64,000 nucleotides of DNA, taken from NCBI RefSeq assembly GCF_000143415.4, contig NW_003314295.1:1057038-1121037 (forward strand). The letters run 5' to 3'. This document shows positions 55,666 to 64,000 of this stretch, piece after piece (within the stretch, counting starts at the first letter, position 1; every line of letters begins with the position of its first letter). The notes under the pieces were generated by a model, which saw only the letters and a program-made list of their open reading frames with translations, was not told the DNA's origin and made no database searches. The DNA comes from Selaginella moellendorffii (Eukaryota > Plantae > Lycopodiophyta). Position numbers and translations under genes: made by a program.

Positions 55666-55712
55666 CTGTCAAGAAGTGTTAGTGCCATCAATCTTGACTC
55701 AATACCCATTAC
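55666..55712 (-). other. Putative 47-nt GT-AG spliceosomal intron in the integrase catalytic core
   Basis: ACA G|gtaatg...cactaac...ttgacag|AC GGA CAA ACG GAA restores YHPQTDGQTERVN; branch-point-like CACTAAC present. Confidence 0.85.
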
Positions 55713-58700
55713 CTGTCTGTGGGTGATAGGCCGTGCTGAATTTCAACTTGGTGCGATACTGTTCTAGGAGTGTCCTCCAGAACCTACTGGTGAAGATCTT
55801 ATCTCGATCTGAGATAATCTCTTCCGGCCTTCCCCGCACTCGAACCACTTGTTTGAAGAACAGCTTCGCCACACCTTCCGCATCCACATCCGTTGTGGTG
55901 GGTATGAAATGTGCCATCTTTGAAAATCGGTCCACCACCACGAATATCGCATTGAACCCCTCGCTTGGGGGTAGTCCCGTGATGAAGTCCATCGTGAGAC
56001 ATTTCCACGGACGATCTGGAATGGGGATGCTTTGCAACAAGCCCCCACTAGCCTTCGTCACGGCTTTGACCTGCTGACATGTTGGACATGTCTTTACATA
56101 GTCTTGGACGTCCTTAGCCATATCTAGCCAGTGATACTTCCTTTTGAGTAAGCCCATCGTCTTGGGCACTCCGCCGTGTCCCGCGAGAGGTCCGTCATGA
56201 CACTCTTCCAAGGCTACTTTCCTTAGTTCCCCTTCTGGAACATACACCCTCGTTTGCTTGTAATATATGAGTCCGTTGCGTTCCGCATAGCCCGTTTTCT
56301 CTTCCGTTAGCAGCTCACCTCTCTGGTGAGCTTCCCGCGCCTCCAGATTCCTCAGCAACACTTCTTGTGCTAGACCATCACTCTCGTATGCGGTCCGCAC
56401 ATCGTCCCAAAAGGTTGCTGTCGCGCTAGATATCGCCAACTTCAAGCTCGCTTTTCGACTTAGCGCATCTGCCACGATGTTGCTCTTCCTAGGCTTGTAC
56501 AGGATCTCGCAATCAAACTCGGCCAAAGCATTGGCCCACCGACCTTGTTTTCCCCTTAGGTTGGGCTGTGACAAGAAGTGTTTTGTTGCCACATTGTCCG
56601 TGTAAACCTTGAAGTGTCTCCCAAGGTAGTGTCGCCACTCCTTGAGCGCCTTGACCACCGCAAACAATTCCTTCTCGTGGGCAGGCCACTTCCGTTGAGC
56701 CTTGTCCAGCTTCTTCGAGAAGAACGCTATTGGATGGTTGTCTTGCTTCAAAACTGCGCCCAACGCAAAGTCCGAAGCATCCGTGTCTACCTCAAAGTCC
56801 TTACCAAAGTCTGGTAATGCCAACACCGGAGCCTTCCTCAACTTCCCTTTGAGGTGGACGAATGCCGCCTCGCATTCCGCTGTCCATACCATCTTTCCTT
56901 TTCCTGTTTGGTCCGTTAAGGGCAGGGCTACTCTCGAATAGTGTCTGATAAACTTTCGATAGTAGTTGCATAGCCCCAGGAACGCCCTCAACTCATGTAC
57001 ATTCGATGGTCGTTCCCATTCCTAGATCGCTTGGACCTTCTCCGGGTCCACCTTGAGCCCGTCCTGGCCCACCACATGCCCGAGAAACTTTACCTCTTGT
57101 TGAGCAAAGTCACATTTGCTCTCTTTAGCATACAGTTTGTGTTCCCTTAGTTTCTCAAACACCTTCGCCAAGTGTTCGGCATGCTCCTCTAGCGTCTCGC
57201 TATAGATCAGGATGTCGTCAATATAGACGACCACAAAGCGATCCAGATAGGGTACAAAGATGTGGTTCATCAACGCCGAAAACGTTGCCGGCGCATTGCA
57301 TAGCCCAAAGGGCATCACCAAAAACTCAAAGCTCCCATACCTCGTTCGACAGGTTGTCTTCTCGACATCTTCCTCAGCTACCCTGATCTGGTAGTATCCT
57401 GACCTTAGGTCAATCCTCGAAAAGTATTTTGCCTTTCCCAACCTATCGAACAGGTCCTCGATCCTTGGCAAAGGGTACTTGTTCTTCTTGGTATACTTGT
57501 TGAGCAACCGGTAGTCTATGCACATGCGCATAGATCCATCTTTCTTTTTCACAAATAGCACCGGCGCCCCATACGGCGACTTGCTCAACCTAACATACCC
57601 TTTGTCCACCAACTCCTCTAGTTGGCTCTTGAGCTCCTTGAGTTCTTTTTCGTTCAATCGATAGGGTGGACGAACCACCGCCTCAGCACCCTCGACCAGC
57701 TCAATCTTATGTTCTATCGGTCGTGCGGGGGGCAACCCCGCCGGTAGCTCCTCCAGCATCGTATCCTGGAATTGGTCCAGCACCTGCTGGATCACTAAAG
57801 GTACTTCTTTTGTTCTTGTCTTTTTGTCACTCTTCACCGAGAGTAAGCACAAAAAGGCTGCCTTAGTTCCTTTAGTGAGTTGTCCTCTCGTGGACACCAG
57901 GTTTAAGCATGACTCTTTGGCCTTGCTTTGCCCTACCTTTAGATCCTGGGCCTCCACCCTAGATCTTCTTCCTTGGGCATTCGCCAATACCACAAGGTTC
58001 CTACCTTGTCCATGCAGGGCTACCACGAACCGATTAAACCAATCCATTCCGAAGATCACATCAAATCCCGCCATGTCCAAGACGGTGAAATCCATGTCCA
58101 CTTTCCATGTCCCCACTTCGACTCTCGCTTGTCGAAGTACCTCATCGGTGCTTTGGCTACCTTGAACAAACTCTATAGTCCTTGGTTCGCCTAGCCGCTG
58201 CACCGTTAGTCCGGCTTGCCGGACTATGTCTGCAGCCACAAAATTATCCGAAACACCCGTGTCAATAAGGATCTTAACAAAGCTACCTCCGAGCTTCCCT
58301 CGGAGGGCTAGTAGATGTCACGAACGACTCTCTACCAAAGTTGCTCGTGTAATGAGTAACTTTGAGTTAGGGACTGGATCACATACCTCAGTTTGGACTT
58401 CACCCGACTTGATGGCCATATTGGCTCTGGCCTTCTTCGGGTAGGGACATTCCTTCGAGAAGTGTCCCGCTTCGCCGCAGTTGTAGCATACGTTGTTTCC
58501 CACGCTGTTATACGACTTGACCTTCTTATCCGTGGGTTTGTCTTTTTTCGCTTGACTCCCCCACGTACTCGCTCGCTGGCCACCGGATTTGCCTTTCCGG
58601 AACCCCGAGGACTCATTCTTAGAGAAACTCTTTTTGAATTTCCCCTTGCTATACGTTCCCCTTGGTTTGGCCCCTTTGCTAAATGTGGATCCCGACCCTG

Positions 58701-59630
58701 TCGTGTTCCCCTTTCGCAGGTTATCGTTGAAATGCACCTTGATGGCCACATCCAATGCTTCCTTGTAGTTGGTCGGGTTCCACCGCATCACCTCACCGCG
58801 GGCCCAGGTTTGCAAACCTGATATGAAGGCATGGAACGCATCCATATCCCCCATGTCCGTGACAAGTATCCTCTTTGCCATGAACCCATTCACATATTCC
58901 TGGATGGTTCCAGTCTGCTTCAGCCTACTCAGCTCATCTCTCAGATGCAGAGTGGCATTCAGAGGAACATATGTTGCGCGGATCCTCGCCTTCATCATGT
59001 CCCAAGTGGCCACTGGTCCTTCGTTGGCCTCCGTCATTCTCCACCAAGACTTGGCATTATCTGCCAAGTATGGTTTTGCACATGGGACTTTCTCCAAGCT
59101 CGGTAACCGCAACGCTCGGAAGTAGTCCTCCATATCATAAAACCAATCCTCCACCACCTTATAGTCGTTCACTCCCTTGAAGACCGGTGGGGGCTTTGGT
59201 TTGTACTTGGGAACTGCCTGAGGGACTGATTCTACTTCGGTCTGTTCGACCTTGTTTGGTTTTGCCTCAGTCCCGGCCGAAAGATCCGCACCTTCTGCGC
59301 TGCCAGCATCTGCAGTCTTTTTCTTTTTCTTCCACCTCTCGTCACGCTTTAGCTTGCGTACGAGAGTTTCCAGCAGGGCATTGGTCTATGCCAACTGTCC
59401 TTCTAGCACGTCCAATCGAGCCTTGGACGACCGAACCTCGCCACCGGACTCCTGTTTGGAAGTTTCCTCACTAGAGTCCTCCTCATGCAAGGATTCCTCA
59501 TCCATAACCTCTTGTTCGACCGGAGGCTCCAGCTCCGGCGGAGGTTCCGTCTCCGCCTGGGTTCGTTTACGCTCTGCCCTTGCCATCTCCCAGCAATCCG
59601 CCTCTATCCTTCGCTAGAACTAAGATAAAG

Positions 59631-59642
59631 GCTCCGATACCA
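59631..59642 (-). other. Primer-binding site, tRNA-iMet type
   Basis: Minus strand TGGTATCGGAGC, 3 nt after the 5' LTR (canonical TGGTATCAGAGC, one A>G difference). Confidence 0.88.
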
Positions 59643-59645
59643 AAT

Positions 59646-60795
59646 TGTAAGCCACAATTTTTTCCTTTCCAATTTGCCAGCTTACCTCGTCTATCCGTCC
59701 AACGCTGCCTTGGCTTTTGCTAAGTTCCCTCGCCAAGGTTCTCGCCTATGGTACCAGCTCCTACTTGGTTTCAGCTACTCACTGCACGAGCAACGGAGTG
59801 TTAGCCATCCTTCCACGGATTCCCAAATCACTCCCAATCCCCCTCCCCAGGTTAGACTGGACTTAAGGTTCGGCTACACTCCCCGCAAGCACAAGCAGCC
59901 AAGCACACCAAGCTTCCAGATTCCTAACATCCCTTGGTACCACAAGACTTGATCATGGGACCCTCTAAATCCCAAGTCTTGAGTGCAACACTTGCTTCGG
60001 GATGTCGGGGCGAAACACCGTGGCCTAGCGGCCCGGTATGGGTACCTCTCGCCCCCCACTTCCATCCCGAAGGAAGGCCCAAGCCCCTAGGGAGGGCGAG
60101 GACCAATGAGCCGCATGGTACTCAAGTGGGGCACCACTCCACATGAGCCGGGAGCACCGCAATCGGTTTCCCTTTCGGGAGTGGGGGCTGCTCTTGAGCA
60201 CTTCCTTGGATGGCCCCTCCGGCACCAGCCAAGTCCATGCTCACTCCCACCCAAGGCCCCTCGGTCCCAGTCTCAACCTCAAGTCGGTTTGGAAGCCCAA
60301 CTGGAGAGTCCCTTCAAAACTGGTTCCTAGACCTCACTATCCCTACTATACTTTTGGAACCCCCTGCAGCCCCCCCCCCCCCTGGGAGACGCACGCTTTG
60401 GGCTTTCACCCCTTGACCCGTATTAGTATTTGGACTTAGTCTCTGGCTCGATCTCGGACCCGATTTCGGATCCGACTTCGGATTCGGTTTCGGACTCGAT
60501 CTCGGACTCGATCTCGGACCCGATCTCGGACCCGACTTCGGACTCGACCTCGGACTCGGTCTCGGACCCAATTTCGGATCTCGGACTCCGTCTCGAACTC
60601 GGTCTCGAACTCGGACTCGAACTCGGTCCCCGAGTCGGTCTCGGACTCGATTCCGGACTTGATCTCGAACTCGGTCCTAGAGTCGGTCTTGGACTCGATC
60701 TTCGACTTGGTCTCATCCGATGAACTCTTTGTCATTTTGGTCATGCTTTCGGGGTTCCTTTAGCCTACGACACCTCGACGAGTTGGTTCCTTACA
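59646..60795 (-). repeat. 5' LTR (1150 bp)
   Basis: About 10 substitutions and a 2-nt poly-C indel relative to the other LTR. Confidence 0.97.
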
Positions 60796-60800
60796 TAAGT

Positions 60801-63800
60801 GAGGAAGATCACAAACATTTTTTCATTTGAAGTATTTGTAAAAGTGATCTTTTAAGAAGTTCAAATTCAAGAACTTACACTTGGTATTAAAGAAAGTTTT
60901 GCATTCAACTCTTTTTGGTATTAGAGAAGGTTTTGCATTCGACTCTATTGATTAACTTAAGGGAATCATATTAAATGTTGATATTGATATATAGCAAATC
61001 TAATTTACCTTTAGCTAAGCTCAATCCAAAGGGTAGGGTATCAAGAGATTGGGGTTTTGGGGAGAGTTCCAGCTTTCAACTTCCATTCATGAAAATGTGA
61101 ACTTGTAAAAAAATATAGTGGATTGTAAGCAACTAAATAAAATGATTTAAGAAATTATCCATAAAGGTTAAAATATAGAAGGAAAGGATCTATAAATAAA
61201 AATGCAACCCTTTTCTAATTAGTTATAGGTCTTGGGATATTTAGGGTTAAGTGTCTTTGGGTTTAATAGTATTAGATTGGATGACCTTTAAATTTAAGAA
61301 TTTAAAGTATCTATGTGGACTATTGAAGGGTTGATAACTTTACAAAAAGTTTAAAAAGCATTCCTTCATTTCTTTTTATCTTCCTTTTTATAGTTTTTAG
61401 CTTTAAAACCATCTTTTTGGCATAACAAACTACTATAATTACTTTGTCCAACTCTTTAAAGCCACCAATTAATGTGCCCTTTGGGTAAAAGGGTGACCAT
61501 AAGTAAACATTTGAAAGATATATAAAAACAAGTGTTTTCTATTTTTAAGGTGTTTAACAAATTTTATACCAATGTTTAAGGAGCACTTAGCCCATTTATT
61601 TTAAAGGAGTTTTAGATTATTTCATCAAATATAACATTATCTTCTTTATCACAAGTTTTTTACCTTATAGAATTTAAAATGTAGTTTAGAAAATTTATTA
61701 CAATCCTCTATTTTTTTATTAGTTATAGCATAAGTGTTGTGATGCATTAAACTTTGTAAAGCTTTAATTAAACACAGCTTGCTAAAATAAATCTGCTATT
61801 AATTTCAATCTTTCTCAATCAAATATTTTCATTATATAAGAATTCAATGTCCAATACCATTGAAATTATGAATGGTGTATGAAATAAAATAGATTTTGCA
61901 CATGTTTATAGTTATAGGAAAAAACCTCACACTATTAATTTTCTTAGGTATGGGTATCATAAAGAATGCAAAAAATATAATGAATAGAGGTAAGTGGTGC
62001 TAAAAAATTGCAAGAGCAAAATGAGGGTTTATCATGATTAAAAACAAACTAACGTCAAGAAAGCTAAGGTAACAATTAAGTACATGGCTTTCTTCTGAAG
62101 TTAATAAGGTCTGGATGAAGTGTGCAGCAAGTGATAATGGTAATCAATCCTATTTACCAACAATATTAATTTTTGAATTAAACAATAATGTTGCATACTA
62201 GTGTTTTTTGTGAGCAAATACATAAGATAAGTAGAATGAAGGAATCTTGTCTTTAATACTAAGTTCTATGATGATTTTTTCATACAAGACTTCATTGAAG
62301 TTATATTCATGGTAATAATGTTTTTTAATTATGGGAAAAACATCTTAATTATGGTGTTCAGTCTTTGTAATGCCAAGAAAGAGCAAATGATTATTCTTTA
62401 TCAGTACATACAACACACTTTATTTTATCAATGGATAGGACTACATAGCAATATTGAGCATCTTCAAACCATATATGAATTAAAGGAAATTCTTGTTATC
62501 AATGTTATGTCCTTTAAAGCTATATGCATTTATAATTATGGATGGCATATATGGTGGGTGGCACTTATATGGGGATGCATCAAATAGCCAAAATGTACAA
62601 TTTAGTAAATGATCAGTGGGATCTTTTACAATCATTGATATTATCAGTGAGATGAAGTTATTAACAACAACAACAACAAAATTGTTATAAAAATTAGTGG
62701 TTATTTTTAAAATTAACACTTCTTTTATTAGTGCAAGATTTTTCTTGAAAAGAGATGAATATGATTATTGATTTCATGCATTCAAACCAAATTTACAAAC
62801 TCAATATATATAGATTATTGAAACATAAGCATAGCAATAACAAATGGATATAGCTTAATTTAGTAAATGCATTTTATGCAAATAACAACAAAATACTATT
62901 TCACTCAATAAAATACTAAAAGTACATCTAGATAGTTCTAATGAATTACAAAATTGTGTCAATGATCTAAGATAATAGCACTAAAGCCAAAGTGTTAGAT
63001 GTTTAAAATCTTGGTATAGCTTTCATTGGCAATCTAATGACTTTTTATATGTATATCCTTTAAGGTTAATATAATTATAATAAGGCTTTTATTACTAAAA
63101 TAGTTTTATATGAGATATAATCAAGAATATAATTTAAATAAAAACAAATAAACTTATCAGAATATGTATTCAAATATGCTGGTATAGAGAAGGCTCAGTT
63201 TAATTTTAGAAAATCTTATAAAATCTAGTATTGATCTCATTTAGCTGATTCAAATGTAATAGCAAAATAATTAATTATAATTATAAAAATAGTTTGTGGT
63301 ATTTTCTCATTACTTGAATGAGTTTTGTAAGTTTTTCAAAGTGACACTAAATTGCTCTTCTCAACTATATCCTTAACAAACTTTTTCATTTGAGTATATA
63401 TATTTTGTATATGTTGCAATTCCATTTGCAATTCCAATGCCCCCTCACTTGTGCATCAAAACTATTATCTCAATGTTAACATCAATTTATTGTGCATTGT
63501 TTAGTGAAGAAGTGAACTTAAAATAATCAAAACAATTGACCTTTCTGTTTGAATCTAATTATATAAGATTGTTCTCATTTCTAAGATTATAGCCAATTTT
63601 GATTTTAACATTAAATCTTTACTAAAAAGATTAGCACATTTCAATATTTCTGTCAATTTCATCACACTAATCTTAAACACATGTCTTGTATTAACACAAC
63701 ACATCCAAATCAATAACTTAATAAACCTTGATGTTCTTTAACTTGTAACTAGTGAATTTATTTCTCATATCTATCCTGCATGATTTGATAGTAAATTATG

Positions 63801-64000
63801 TTTATACTTAGAGAGTTAGTTATATTTTGAAGTTTTTATTTCAATCATGTGTTAGAATTGCTCAAGCCAATATCCATTAAGAAATATAACTTCTTTATCT
63901 TTATACTTGTTTTTCAATTGTTCATTTTGTAAGTATATTGAATATAGAGAATCTAAAGACTTAAAATGTCAAATGAATAACAAAAACCTCTAGCAAAATT
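60801..64000. other. AT-rich, CpG-depleted non-coding/TE-relic DNA
   Basis: No credible ORF. Short tandem duplication at about 60881-60945; segment 61232-61290 resembles 48820-48880. Confidence 0.5.

Larger units (their letters stand above)
54814..59586 (-). pseudogene. gag-pol polyprotein in a single frame, with three in-frame stops and two intron-like insertions in integrase
   Basis: Gag with a CCHC knuckle (CYNCGEAGHFSKEC), protease LIDTG, RT YIDD, RNase H TDASD, IN HHCC and D,D-35-E, GPY, type I chromodomain (YEVEAIL...VKWKGF...TWEP). Stops at 59386-59388 (TAG), 58318-58320 (TGA) and 57022-57024 (TAG). Confidence 0.93.
53264..60795 (-). mobile_element. Full-length Ty3/gypsy chromovirus LTR retrotransposon
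   Basis: Two TG...CA LTRs; 5-bp TSD TAAGT (53259-53263 and 60796-60800); PBS; PPT; order gag-PR-RT-RH-IN-chromodomain on the minus strand. Confidence 0.97.

Overview
Eukaryotic plant genomic DNA. The very high gene density, 44-65 nt introns and PLS-type PPR style suggest the lycophyte Selaginella (inference). 0.5-46.3 kb is gene-dense: symplekin/ESP4-like, clade G-like PP2C, squalene epoxidase, DEAD-box helicase (RH5-like), a small two-exon membrane protein missed by the ORF track, a START-domain protein, clade A PP2C, a coiled-coil gene, an At4g15545/NAIP-like gene, a PPR gene, a non-canonical IAA33-like Aux/IAA, a CHR12/23-like SNF2 ATPase, an ERECTA-family LRR-RLK, a degenerate macrodomain gene, a HARBI1/ALP1-like domesticated transposase and INTS3. 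46.5-64 kb is AT-rich, CpG-depleted TE debris containing a full-length, young Ty3/gypsy chromovirus (53264-60795, minus strand, TAAGT target-site duplication, about 99% identical LTRs). The standout observation: the integrase gene of this retrotransposon is split by two host-sized GT-AG introns (47 and 52 nt) whose removal exactly restores conserved integrase motifs. The element also has a hairpin-dense 3' region with two tRNA T-loop/B-box mimics. Other notable items: an antisense coding overlap between the PPR and IAA33-like genes, a clustered AAGGAC-N4-GTCCTT palindrome array, and a P1BS cluster plus TATA box with no obvious gene downstream. All exon models were traced by eye and have no transcript support.
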